DNA of 64,000 nt, taken from positions 5,919,991 to 5,983,990 of the forward strand of contig NC_057752.1 in the NCBI RefSeq assembly GCF_004010195.1, written 5' to 3'. Shown here piece after piece: positions 52,195 to 64,000 of this stretch. The notes beneath the pieces were generated by a model. It was not told the DNA's origin. It made no database searches and saw nothing but the letters and a program-made list of their open reading frames with translations. Source of the DNA: Chiloscyllium plagiosum (taxonomy: Eukaryota). Each line of letters begins with the position of its first letter. Positions within the stretch are counted from its first letter, which is position 1. A program made the translations under genes and the position numbers.

Positions 52195-53845
52195 CTCACC
52201 AGTACCCTTCCACTGCCACTATCATTCGTTTGACTGAACTGGTCCTCACCCTCAACAATTTATCTTTCGAATCCTCCCACTTCCTCCAGATGAAAGGGGT
52301 AGCCATGGGCACCCACATGGGCCCCAGCTATGCCTGTCTCTTTGTCAGCTACGTAGAACAATCCATTTTCCACAGTTATACCTGCACCACTCCCCACCTC
52401 TTCCTCCACTCCATTGACGACTGCATCGGCACCACCTTGTGCTCCCACGAGGAGGTTGAGCAGTTCATCAATTTCACCAACACATTCCACCCTGACCTTA
52501 AATTTACCTGGACCATCTCTGACACCTCCCCCCCCCTCCGTCCTGGACCTCTCCATCTCCATCAACGACAACCGACTCAACAACGACATTTTTTACAAAC
52601 TCACCGACTCCCACAGCTACCTCAATTACAGGAGGCAGGGTGGGAGGAGGTGTAAAAGTGCTATCCCATATTCCAAATTCCTCCATCTCTGCCGTATCTG
52701 CTGCCAGGAGGACCAGTTCCACTACAGAACACACCAGATGGCCTCCTTTTTTAAAGACTGTAATTTCCCCTCTCACGTGGTTGAAGATGCCCTCCAACGC
52801 ATCTCTTCCATGTCCCGCACCTCTGCCCTCAAACCCCACCCCTCCAACCGCAACAAGGACAGAACCCTTCCCCCTCCCCCCCCGTCCTCACCTTCCACCC
52901 CACCAACCTCCGCATAAACCACATCATCCGCTGACATTTCTGCCACCTCCAAATGGACCCCACCACCAGGGGTATATTTCCCTCCCCACCCCATACGCTT
53001 TCTGCAACGACTGTGCCCTCCGTGATCTATCTGGTCAGGTCCACGTCCCCCAACAACCCACTCCCCTCCTAGCACTTTCCCCTGCCACTGCAGGAATTGC
53101 AAAACCTGCACCCACACCTCCCCCCTCACCTCCATCCAAGGCCCCAAAAGAGCCTTCCACAAGCATCAGAGTTTCACCTGCACATCTACAAATGTCATTC
53201 GTTGCATCCGTTGCTCCCGATGTGGTCTCCTTTACATTGGGGAGACTGGACACCTTCTCACAGAGCGCTTCAGGGAACATCTCCGTGACACCCGCACCAA
53301 TCAACCCCACTGCCCCGTGGCCAAGTATTTCAACTCCCCGTCCCACTCTGCTGAGAACATGCAGGTCCTGGGCCTCCTCCACCGTCACTCTCACACCACC
53401 CGACGCCTGGAGGACAAACGTCTCATCTTCCACCTCAGAACTCTTCAACCCCACGGCATCAATGTGGACTTCCCCAGTTTCCTTATTTCCCCTCTTTTTC
53501 CCTCCCCACCTTATCCCAATTCCAAACTTCCAGCTGAGCACCATCCTCATGACCTGTCCCACCTTTCAATCTTCCCATCTATCTGCTCCACCCTCCTCTC
53601 TGACCTATCTCCTTTACCCCTTCCTCCATCCACCCATTGCACTCCCAGCTATCATCTCCCCAGCCCCACCCCCACCCATTTATCTCTCCACCACCGAGGC
53701 TTCTAACCTCATTCCTGATGAAGGGATCCTGCCCGAAATGTCGATTTTCCTGCTGCTCAGATGCTGCCTGACCTGCTGTGCTTTTCCAGCACCTACTCTA
53801 ATCTTGACTCTCATCTCCAGCATCTGCAGTCCTCCCTTTCGCCCT
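52195..53845 (+). mobile_element. Penelope-like element, 1.65-kb frameshifted RT + GIY-YIG remnant with terminal hammerhead (53711-53746)
   Basis: QMKGVAMGTHMGPSYACLF, SIDD (degenerate YIDD), LDLSISI, YKLTDSHSYL, KSAIPYS, CIRCSRCGLLYIGETG; frameshifts and stops. Confidence 0.92.
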
Positions 53846-55270
53846 GCACATTCAGCATGTCTGCATCTTCTGTACGTCTGACCAAACCTCCAAGGCCAAA
53901 GTGTCAAAGTTCAGCTATTTGCCTGTGTGGACAAGTGGGTACTCGTCAGACAGAATTCCAGGCTCCACCCTTTCTGTGTCTGAACACCAAAACATCGACA
54001 TCTCCTACCTGATAGGGAGGACTGTCAACTCCCTTCAGCTTTTCAATCTGCCCATTTAACAAACCCCACACCCTTGGTAAAATCTGTCAATATTCCAGTG
54101 TGTCAGTGCACTGTTCCCAGAAGCCTACTCACCTGTGTGGGCCTTTTTCCTCCTGTATTCTATCATCTCTCCTGTGCCTTACAAATATTTTTAATCAGCT
54201 GTTATTACCTACTTCTGGAGTAGATGGGATTTGAACCCAGGTCTCCTACCCAGAGGTAGGGAACACTGTTACTGTGCCACAAAAGTCCTGCTTACCCCAT
54301 CTTACATATCCCACTCACTATTGTTATGATCTCTGTATCCAAATTGGGTTCACAGGTTCCACGTGTCCCCCCTGAAGCATTGGTTCCCCCTGAACATTTT
54401 AGTAGGTGCATTCCCATGACTGACTAGGGCCCAATCCCCTTAGCGATTTTGTTGGAGAGCCGCAAATGAGGCATGGCCAGACCCCTGACAGCTCCTCAAC
54501 TGTCTTTTTGTAATCCCTGGACTGATGGCTGTAAACCCACAGGACTGCCCACTCCCCAAACTGTAGAGGTGTGAGCCTCTTGACCCTCAGCCCTAATTGG
54601 ATGCTTGACCGTGCCCAAGTGTTTGGATTGATACCAGACGACAGCCTTGACTACTATGCTGGGATACCCTCACTGATGGCTACTTTCCTGGACTTGAGTG
54701 AGAACTGCTCCCATTCCCTCAGACATGGTTGTTTCCTTGCAGCACATATAGTGAGTTTGCCACCTAAGCTGCTGACATGTGGTACAGACATGAGAATGAT
54801 GTAGCAATGAGCCGTATGGCACAATGGCCACTCCCCTAAATATGACTTCTGTCAAGCTTCCTGGCTTTGTTTCTGCCTAAAAGTCAGATCGTACAGCAGT
54901 ACTATGAGCCTTTAGGCTCTGGCCAAGGTGTGGCAAGGCAAGGATGCTGCATGTGTTGAGGAAAGTGCTAAGTGAGCAAGCGAGCAAGCAGCCTGGTTCA
55001 ATCTGTGAACTTGATGCTGATTTCTGTACACCATGTCCTTGCAGCTACATTGCATTGATAGGTGCTGAGACACTCAAGTGCAGAATTAAATTGCAAGTGG
55101 ATCAGAGATGTGCCATGAGCTACAGAGACTGGCATATGTTGGATGTCAGTGTCCATAGATGGGAGAAGCATTTGAGCATTTTGGCTGGACAGTTTGATTG
55201 GTTTGTCATGCAAAGTGATGCCAACAGCATAGGTTCAATTTCTGCACTGGCTTATGTTACTATGAAGATG

Positions 55271-55437
55271 AGTTGATAAAGCTTGGTGCTGGAAAAGACG
55301 CAGGCCTCAAGAAGGATCCTGCCCAAAACGCCGACTCTCTTGCTCCGCGGATGCTGTTTGACTTGCTGTGCTTTTTCCAGTGCCACATTTTCTTAGCTCT
55401 GATTTCTCCAGCATCTGCAGTCCTCACTGTCTCCTAA
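55271..55437 (+). mobile_element. Penelope family-B mini-insertion inside a tRNA-SINE
   Basis: Near-TSD ttac(t/c)atgaagatg (55257-55270 / 55438-55451); short inverted 5' arm (gtgctggaaaag); degenerate hammerhead. Confidence 0.75.
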
Positions 55438-56379
55438 TTACCATGAAGATGGCAGTAGAGTGGGGCTTCTGAGCCCAGGGCTGATCCACTCCATCCATAT
55501 TTTTGTTTTTTTTTCAATCTTCTCCCTTTTTTTCCCCTTTTTGTTTTACTTATCTCTTGGTGAAGAGCTTGGTTACAATCCAGTAGCATGGATTGTGGCA
55601 ACTTCTGTGTTGACAAGTTGCTCCTGGTGCTGACTCATGGCTGCTGTAGTGGAGACAAGTTTGGCTTCCTAGCAACATCTGCATCCAGCACAGATTCACG
55701 GGTGAGTTTGAGCCCAGTACAAGACCTGGCGCCATCAGCAGCTACATCGTGAACTGGCCTGAAGCAGACTTGCAATCGAGGAGTCAAGTTTGGGTCACCA
55801 GTGTCAGTAGTGGTGTCTGCATTGGTAAGGTCCATTTGAGGACTCACAGTGGCATGACAATCACATCAAGGTGTGGTGTGGTGACCCTCAGCTTAAACCA
55901 CCACCAGTTTTCTCTGCCAAACAGAGACATGCACGAGAATCAGAGGCCCTGTATGCTTTGCCATCATCTTAGAAAGAGAGCACCGCTGCTACATTTCCAT
56001 CTGCCTAGAGTATGAAAAAGTGTGGATTTTAGAATAAAACATTAATTCAGCTGGAACACTCCTTGCTGAGCCACAAAAGTCAACTGAAAATTTTAAAAAA
56101 CTTGAAGGCAAACTTCGCACTATTTTAATACAGTTTTGTTATTGAAGGTGATGGTGCACCCTAAAGGCCTCCCAGTGGACACTATGTGCTTCCCCTCAAT
56201 GCACAATGAAGCGTGGACATAGCCATGGAAGAGGGGCAAACGGGTACTACAAGCGCCTCCATAGACCTACAAGCCTCGAGACCTGTTGATGGCTACTTTG
56301 AACAAGACCAAGAGGAGGTTCTCCTATCTGATCTTACCCTCAGCCCCACCCCCCGCCAACTCCATCCACAAACACACAA

Positions 56380-56914
56380 TCTCATGGAGCGGGAAGCTCG
56401 GGGTGAAGTGGCGCCAACGTTTTAAACGGAGCCCCTTTTAAGACATTAAACAGTGGCTGAAAATGAAGACACTCAATCATGAAAACCTCCCCCCCCCCCA
56501 CCCAGGCTACTAAAACTACATGTGGCTGGGTACCCAGTGGAACCTAAATTGCCATTCTATGGGACTGCTGCGTGTAACACTCTCCACTCCAAAGCCCCGA
56601 TGGAAAAGGGAAGGAGCCCTTTTATAGTCATCCCTCCAGTGGGGCTCTCCACCGTTGGAATGTAGGGCACGTCCAAGCGGCTGACGAGGTGAAGAAGTGA
56701 AGGCTGTGCAGCAACAGCCCAGAATTGAAGGAAATGAGTTGAAACCCTGACATTCTCCAGTGGAGTTAGGCGGTGCTTGCTGGTAAGAGACTGCCGGGAT
56801 AGTGGAGGACCGCAATTTGCCTCCCAAAGCCGTGGAAAGACTGGGCTGTGATCCAGGTGTACATCTGTGTGTGTGTTAACTGGGTTCGCTCACTCACTTT
56901 CTCTCTGGGCAGAA
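56380..56914 (+). promoter_or_regulatory. CpG-enriched putative FKBP11 promoter / 5'UTR
   Basis: Unique CpG-enriched sequence directly upstream of the FKBP11 ATG. Confidence 0.55.
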
Positions 56915-57010
56915 ATGAGCAGAGCTGCGCTCCTGTCTCTGATCCTTGCCTTACTTATCGGAACCTCCAGCCAAGATGAAAAAGGGCAAGAACTGAAAGT
57001 GGAAGTCTTG
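56915..57010 (+). CDS. FKBP11: FKBP11 (ER peptidyl-prolyl isomerase) exon 1 with signal peptide
   Basis: MSRAALLSLILALLIGTSSQDEKGQELKVEVL; hydrophobic signal peptide; LKVEVL resembles human LQVETL; donor gtgagc. Confidence 0.88.
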
Positions 57011-57155
57011 GTGAGCAGATTTCTTTTAAAGCCCATCTGCTGTGGAAACGTTTACTTTCAGTATAGCATTTGAAATTTGACAACTGGTAAAGAAGCAGAA
57101 CGCCTGCCTGTATTTCTTCTGATCTCCAAATGTTTTTCTTTTTTCTAAAAAAAAG

Positions 57156-57218
57156 CTGAAACCCGAAGGCTGTCCTGAGCTGTCGGCATTTGGAGACACT
57201 CTTCACATCCACTACACT
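57156..57218 (+). CDS. FKBP11: FKBP11 exon 2
   Basis: LKPEGCPELSAFGDTLHIHYT; AFGDTLHIHYT matches FKBP11; donor gtaaga. Confidence 0.92.
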
Positions 57219-57823
57219 GTAAGAAAATACCGCACGTTTCCTTTCAAACAAATACTCGCGTAAGCGAAAATGTTTTTGATACTTTTTGATATTTGACATA
57301 AGAAACCTGAGAAGCTTTGCATATCTGGAGGCCATTGGCTGATGGGGTGGGGGTTTTGATTATAATAACACGTCAGCAAGAATATTCCTTAATCCGTTTA
57401 AAATATCCCCTTTCCCACCGGTAAAGTACAGGCAAAGAAGTGGAAAAGTATTACTTATAAAATGTTATCGCAAGGTTTTATTCCATTTGGAAACTAACGG
57501 TCACTCAGTTAGGTTTAGAGCATATTTGTAAGAAAAGTTTATAATCCAGTGATTAGAAACTCAGAGCAAGTGACAAATGGACACGTCATTCCTAACATGT
57601 AGCGTCCATATCGCTTCTAGCTCTGCATCTTAAATGGATTAAGTTGTAGCCAGCACTGAGTGCAATATTCCATCCACGTTTAGTGGAAGCTGGTTCATAT
57701 TTAGGTTTGGGAAAGTCGTGAGTTCCACTTTCTTTTTGCCCCTCGGTTAAGATGTTGCGTTTTCAGCCCCTTTATTATTTCTATCCGGCATTACAGGAAT
57801 GACCCGGGTTCAGAAAACTCGCC

Positions 57824-57861
57824 AGTTCTGAGGAAGGGACGCTGGACCCGAAACGTTAACT
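57824..57861 (+). ncRNA. Hammerhead motif in a family-C mini-insertion (about 57825-57923), FKBP11 intron 2, sense strand
   Basis: agtt-CTGAGGA-agggacgctggaccc-GAAAC-GTT-aact; stem I agtt/aact; tcgcca flanks both sides. Confidence 0.7.
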
Positions 57862-57934
57862 CTGATTTTTCTCCTCAAATGCACCCAGACCTGCTGAGCT
57901 TTTCCAGCAATTTCTGTTTTTGTTCGCCAAATGG

Positions 57935-59200
57935 ATACTGGGTCCTATGCTTTTCGTCATTTATATAAACAATTTGGACATGAATAAAGGAGGTATGCAG
58001 ATGACACCGAAATAGGTGGTGTAGTGGACAGGGAAGAAGATTATCTCAAGAGTACAGTGGGACCATGATCAGATGGGCCGAGGAGTGGCAGACGGAGTTT
58101 AAAATAGAAAATCCTTTATTATCACATGTACTCCAGTGCAAGGAGTACAGTGAAAATTTAGATAAATATGAGATGTTGCATTTATGTAAGGCAAATCAGG
58201 GCAGGACCTTTACAGTTAATGGTAGGACCTTGGGGAGTGTTGCTGAACAAAGAGACCTCGGAGTGCAGGTGCACATTTTCTTGAAAGTAGAGTTGAGGTA
58301 GACAGGGGTGAAGAAGACATTTGGTACACTTACCTTTATTGGTCAGTGCATTGAGTAAAGGAGTTGGAGCACCATATTGTGGGTGTACAGGACATTGGTG
58401 AGGCCAGTTTCAGAAAGCAGTTTCTGGCCTCCCTGCTTTAGGAAAGATAGAGTCATAGTCATAGAGATGTACAACATGGAAACAGACCCTTCGGTCCAAC
58501 CCATCCATGCCGACCAGATATCCCAACCCAATCTAGTCCCACTTGCCAGCACCTGGCCCATATCCCTCCAAACCCTTCCTATTCATATACCCATCCAAAT
58601 GAATCTTAAATGTTGCAATTGTACCAGCCTCCACCACTTCCTCTGGCAGCTCATTCCATACACATACCACCCTCTGCGTGAAAAAGTTGCCCCTTAGGTC
58701 TCTTTTATAGCTTTTCCCTCTCACCCTATGTTGTGAAAATTGAAAGGGTTCAGAAAAGATTTACAAGAATGTTGCCAGGATTGCATAGTTTGAGCTATGG
58801 GGAGAGGCTGAATAGGCTGGGGCTGTTTTCCCTGGAGCATCAGAGGCTGAGGGGTGACCTTTTAGAGGATTATAAAGTCATGAGGGGCATGGATAAGGTG
58901 AATAAGTAAGATCTTTTTCCCAGGGTAGGGGAGTCCAAAACTAGGGAGCACAGGTTTAAAGTGAAAAAGGAAAGATTTAGAAGGCACCTAAGGGGTAACT
59001 TTTCATGTAGAGGGTGGTGCATGTATGGAATGAGCCGTCAGAGGACATTTAAAAGTCATCTGGATGGGTACATGAATAGAAAGGGTTTAGAGGGACATGG
59101 ACCAAATGCTGGCAAATGGGACTAGATTGATTTAGGATATCTGGTTGGCATCAATGAGTTGAACCAAAGAGTCTGTTTCCTTGTATTGTATAACTGACTG
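57935..59200 (+). mobile_element. CR1 fragment with an antisense CR1 3' end inserted at about 58448-58728
   Basis: The CR1 sequence aggaaagat|gttgtgaaa is split by a reverse-complement CR1 tail. Confidence 0.88.
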
Positions 59201-59417
59201 TATGGAGCAATAGACCAGACGAGACAGCTCAGAAATAAGTATGTGGGCAGCTTCATTTAATTACAGACAAGTGCAAAGCATTGCATGAAGGATGGGAAAA
59301 TGAGTGATGTGTGTCCTCAGAAAATTGGTCAAAATAGCAAAGCTTCAATTTTGAGTCCGAGGAACTTTGGATTCGATGCTCAAAGTGCTGAACCACTGCA
59401 GAGTTCTTGTTGTTTTC

Positions 59418-60195
59418 CTGCATTTTGGAAAGGATCAGGGCAGTACTTATACACTTAAGGGTAAGGTTCTGGGGAGTTTTGCTGAACAAAGAGACCTTGG
59501 AGTGCAGGTTCATAGTTCCTTGAAAGTGGAGTCGCAGGTAGATAGGATAATGAAGAAGGCATTTGGTATGCTTTCTTTTATTGGTCAGAGTATTGAGTAC
59601 AGGAATTGGGAGGTCATGTTATGGCTGTATCTGACATTGGTTAGGCCACTGTTGGAATATTGTGTGCAATTCTGGTTGCCCTCCTATAGGAAGGTTGTGA
59701 AACTTGAAATGATTTAGAAAAGATTTACAAGGATGTTGCCAGGGTGGAGGATTTGAGCTATTGGGAGAGACTAGGGCTATTTTCCTTGGAGTGTTGGAGG
59801 CTGAGGGATGACCTTAGAGGTTTATAAAATCATGAGGGGCATGGATAGAATGAATAGCCAAGGTCTATTCTCCGGGGTGGGGGAGTCCAGAACTAGAGGG
59901 CATAAGTTTAAGGTGAGAGGGGAAGGATTAAAAAGGGGATCTAAGAGGTGACTTTTTCACACAGAGGGTGGTGCATGTATGGAACAAGCTGCCAGAGGAA
60001 GTGGTAGAGGCTGGTACGATTACAACATTTAAAAGGGATCTGAATGGTATATGAATAGGAAAGGCTTAGAGGGATACGTGCCAAATGCTGGCACATGGTC
60101 TAGATTAATTCAGGATATCTGGTCAGCATAGATGAGTTAGACCAAAGGGTCTTTTTCCGTGCTGTAGTCGGGTCTTCTTCCGTCTATGACTCTGT
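59418..60195 (+). mobile_element. CR1 LINE 3' fragment
   Basis: LHFGK...EQRDLGVQVH...LVRPLLEYCVQFW. Confidence 0.9.
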
Positions 60196-61169
60196 GGGTC
60201 TCACTGGCAGGGCTAACATTTGTTACTTGTCCCTACATTCCCATGAGAAGGTTGTGATGAACTGCCTTCTTGACTGGTGCCCACAATGCTGTTCGGGAGG
60301 GAGTTTCAGGATTTTGACCCATTGGCACTAAAGGAATTGCAATATTTTTCCAAGTCAGGGTGGTGAATAGCTTGGAGAGAATGTATCTGCCCTGATTGTT
60401 TCTAAATTGAAGTGGTCATGGGTTTACAATCCAATGAGCCTGGGTGAGTTACTGTAGTGAATCTTGTAGATGGTACACACTGCTGTCACCAGGGTTGAAG
60501 GGTAGTAATCAAAAGCATTTTAAACTGTATTTAAATAATGCCCACACTTAAAAGCCTTTCATTAGTTATAAAATGCTTCGGGACATCCTGAGGCTGTGAA
60601 CAGGCAGAAGCTAATCTTAAATGCTCTCCTGAACCTGGAATTCCTGCACATAATAACCTCAGTTGAACCACACCTGACTGCTGATGTAAATCACATGCCT
60701 GTGAAATGGCATTGAGAATTGTTGACAGTATGTGGGTCACAAGAAAAGGGCACAGAATTTGCATATATGTCAGTCATTTTCTTATCTGTTCATCTTTTTT
60801 TCTGGATATTTATTATCACTCTAAATATCATCCATCATTTCCACTATTATTAACCATGGTACAAATTCCATGGTAAACCCTGGTAATATTCTAGATATGG
60901 TGAGTATGACTTATTGGGAATACTGCTATTGGTTTCAATTGGGTTATTGTGAGTTAACTTGAGGTTATTCGTGATGTTGGAGATTTTTTTGCATTGGGTT
61001 ATTTCAAATATTGGGAGGATACCCAATGTGATAGCGAGAGATAACTGTGGGATATTGTTGGACACTAGAGATTACTACTTATAATTATGTTGAATAGTGG
61101 ATCTAACTCTGTGCATTGTTATGGCTGTAAGAGAATTGATGCACTGTCTTCCCCTACTCTGTTTCTCAG

Positions 61170-61257
61170 GGGAAGCTGGAAGATGGAACCTTGTTTGATA
61201 ATTCTTTAATCCGGGATCCTCTGGTGGTTGAGCTTGGCAAAAAGCAGGTTATTCCAG
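61170..61257 (+). CDS. FKBP11: FKBP11 exon 3
   Basis: [29 protein letters not shown](G); acceptor tttctcag, donor gtaaaa. Confidence 0.93.
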
Positions 61258-61564
61258 GTAAAATGTGACAATCTGCTGCTGCAATGAGACTGTGCTGAAG
61301 AAATGCATCCTACATACTATTACAAAGATTGACCCAAGAATAAGTCAATTGCTTGCCCTCATTTGGTACTATAAATGTTGACTCTCGCTAAAGTCTCGCT
61401 TGACTCTCACTTGACTCTCGCTTCAATCCATACACAAAAACCTTCACTGAGATCAAGAACCACATTTTGATTTCAGGTATTTCAATGTTACTGTTCCAAT
61501 TCTGAAACTATAAGTGCAAATGTGTTTGAAGAGAATTTAAATCTGACTTTATTTCTATTGATAG

Positions 61565-61598
61565 GTTTGGAACAGGGTCTCCTTGATATGTGTGTTGG
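61565..61598 (+). CDS. FKBP11: FKBP11 exon 4 (34 nt); gene continues beyond the window
   Basis: (G)LEQGLLDMCVG; acceptor tgatag, donor gtaagt. Confidence 0.92.
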
Positions 61599-62979
61599 GT
61601 AAGTCAATGTGATTTGTAATGTTAATTTATTATTACAGTTTGAGGCAAGTGTAGGAATATTGCAATATGAATTAATTGGTTTTAAATTCAGAGATGTTAG
61701 TAATATTGTGTCTGTCTGGTTGAGTTTTGTTCACCCCTGCTGTCCTCTCAAGTGCTTTTGCTGGGCTATGGTCCCATTGGTACCACCAACCCTCCAGTTG
61801 TTCACTTAAGTACCCTTTCTTTATGCAATCCTAAATACTTAGTGTCTGTTTATCTTCGAGCTGTGCATCTGAATGATTACAATCAAGCTTAATTCCTAAT
61901 CTGAAGCCGTTGACTCCCTGGTGGAGTTCAATTTCACTGGAATTAGCTTTTCTCCAGTGTCTCATCCAAGAGTCTATTCTTTGTGTTGAATCTCGACAGT
62001 GAGAAACAGCAGGCATGCTAGCTGAGCTCCATCCACATCCTGCATTTCTGATTGCATTTTTGAAGAGTAAATAAGAGAAAGGAACCATGGCAAGTTTTTC
62101 CCTTTACACCTCCAGCATGCTGTGAGTGGCAGACAGCACGGAGCAGGAATTGAACCAGGGACCTTTGCATATTGATTAATGATAAGCTGCTTTATAAACT
62201 GAACCACAGTGTTCTAACTGTTTATAAGAAGAGTCTATTAATCTCAGATCCATTAGTAATCTATATACTGTGAATCACAGTAACTAACTCAGTCTGACAT
62301 ATAACATGACCTTTGGTTTTGGACACCAAAATCTATGTTGAGGACTATAGTCAGCATGTAAATTGATCCCCCTCCCATTTTTCAGCTAATAAATGTATAT
62401 TTAGGACAGAAGTCAGTAGGAGTTGAAATCCATTTCTCAGCTCAAAGTTTCTTTCAAGTTGTACGCATCTTACATGCCAGCACATGGAATCAAGCAGGCA
62501 ATAGGGGTTGAGTTGCCAGAAGACACACCCATGCAGAGCAAGACCATGCATGGCTGACAAACAAACATTTTTTCATCTTTCAAAAGGGTGGCTACCTACT
62601 CAGCATATAAATTAACCCCCTGTTTTGGAAGCATTTTGTATGAACCTTCAAAGGTTGACTCTGACGCCATGATCTACATACTAGCTGTGGCATGATTTGA
62701 AGATCATTTTTCCCCCCTCTGTCTTTGGAAAGTGATGAGGAGTCTTTTTCTTTACAGAGAGAAGAGGAAGTTAACAATTCCATCTAACCTTGCGTATGGG
62801 AAACGAGGCTTTCCACCCTCCATTCCAGGCATGTATCTGGTTCCACCTCCTGGCTACACACGTTAAGTTCTGATTTAAGAAGCATTTTATTTAAATAGCA
62901 GTACTTCAGGACTCTAGAGCAATCCTAATCAATAATTTTATATTGACGTAGTGCCTTTGACATAAATGATTACCAATTA

Positions 62980-63198
62980 TAGGCAGTTCTTTTATAACAC
63001 AATGGTTGCATTCTTGTACAACCCCGTATTATAGAAAAATTGCACCTCAGAAACAGCGTTTAAAGTGTTGGCGATGTAATCACATTACAACCAATGCACA
63101 TTTTAAAAGTCCGCACTTTAGAAACTGTCCCCCCAATTCGTCAATCGCGTTACAGTGAATTCACTTTGACGAAACGCATGCTATAGCAGAACAACATG
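62980..63198. mobile_element. Tc1/mariner-type MITE
   Basis: Imperfect TIRs taggcagttcttttataac / gctatagcagaacaacatg flanked by TA. Confidence 0.6.
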
Positions 63199-63395
63199 TA
63201 TCTTTGGAATAAATACTGCTCCTGCTATTTCACGTTTTTCATAATTATGTCATCAGTATATCTTTAACTCAAGAAAACTGAATATTGTTTTCAACTACTT
63301 TGAGAAACCATTGCTGAAAAGACTAAATGGTTGGATGACAGTAAAGAGTTGAGAAAAGTTAAATGTTGGATAGGATAAAGGAAGAACATGTAATT

Positions 63396-64000
63396 AGAGT
63401 CATAGAGATGTACAGCATGGAAACAGACCCTTCAGTCCAACCCGTCTAAGCCGACCAGATATCCCAACCTAATCTAGTCCCATTTGCCAGTACTTGGCCT
63501 ATATCCCTCCAAACCCTTCCTATTCATATACCTATCCAGATGCCTTTTAAATGTTGCAATTGTACCAGCCTCCACCACTTCCTCTGGCAGCTCATTCCAT
63601 ACACGTACCACCCTCTGCGTGAAAAAGTTGCCCCTTAGTTCTCTTTTATATCTTTCCCCTCTCTTAAACCTATGCCCTCTAGTTCTGGACTCCCCCACCC
63701 CAGGGAAAACTTGTCTATTTATCCTATCCATGCCCCTTATGATTTGAAAAACCTCTACCTGGTCACCCCTTAGCGTTTGACGCTCCAGGGAAAACAGCCC
63801 CAGCCTATTCAGCCTCTCCCTATAGCTCCAACCCTGGCAACATCCTTGTAAACCTTTTCTGAACCCTTTCAAGTTTCACAACATTCTTCAGATAGGAAGA
63901 CCAGAATTGCACGCATTATTCCAAAAGTGGCCTAACCAATGTCCTCTACAGCCGCAATATGACCTCCCAACTCCTATACTCCACATTCTGACCAATAAAG
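63396..64000 (-). mobile_element. CR1 LINE 3' fragment
   Basis: ORF 63474-63872 FFTQRVVRVWNELPEEVV; runs off the window end. Confidence 0.92.

Noticed and set aside
52640..53881. 413-aa Pro/Ser/Thr-rich ORF, the longest in the window
   Set aside because: Off-frame reading of a C-rich Penelope element; the real RT/GIY-YIG motifs are in other, broken frames.
57662..57678. Possible ERSE (gcaat...ccacg)
   Set aside because: Not CCAAT, and the spacer is 7 rather than 9 nt.
61379..61423. Short tandem repeat of an 11-mer (cttgactctc[g/a])
   Set aside because: Ordinary minisatellite-like slippage with no spacers; not CRISPR-like.

Overview
Vertebrate genomic DNA, very probably from a shark or other elasmobranch. 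That call rests on the repeat content (HE1-like tRNA SINEs, many CR1 LINEs, L2, Tx1-like L1 and Penelope-like elements) and is an inference. Two spliced protein-coding genes lie on the + strand; the ORF track shows only parts of them. (1) A complete class-I ADP-ribosylation factor gene: coding exons 20981-21122, 21968-22078, 22900-23024 and 24610-24768 give 178 aa, with a likely CpG promoter and non-coding exon 1 near 9.0-9.1 kb. The C-terminus and synteny point to ARF3, but the protein is unusually divergent (new N-terminal helix, switch-II Pro->Ser, 17 core substitutions versus human ARF3 as I recall it). (2) The first four coding exons of FKBP11 (56915-61598), which continues past the window. 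The rest is mostly decayed retrotransposons, and most ORF-track entries are TE remnants or noise. The most striking non-genic pattern is a dense set of short Penelope-derived insertions from about four families. They carry minimal hammerhead-ribozyme motifs, often as fold-back structures between clear target-site duplications. One is a perfect 78-bp palindrome in an ARF intron whose symmetry centre sits at the predicted ribozyme cleavage site. Several template-switch scars are also present (123-bp inverted templated insertion, 206-bp tandem duplication, 21-bp micro-inversion). Coordinates were counted by hand and repeat boundaries are approximate.
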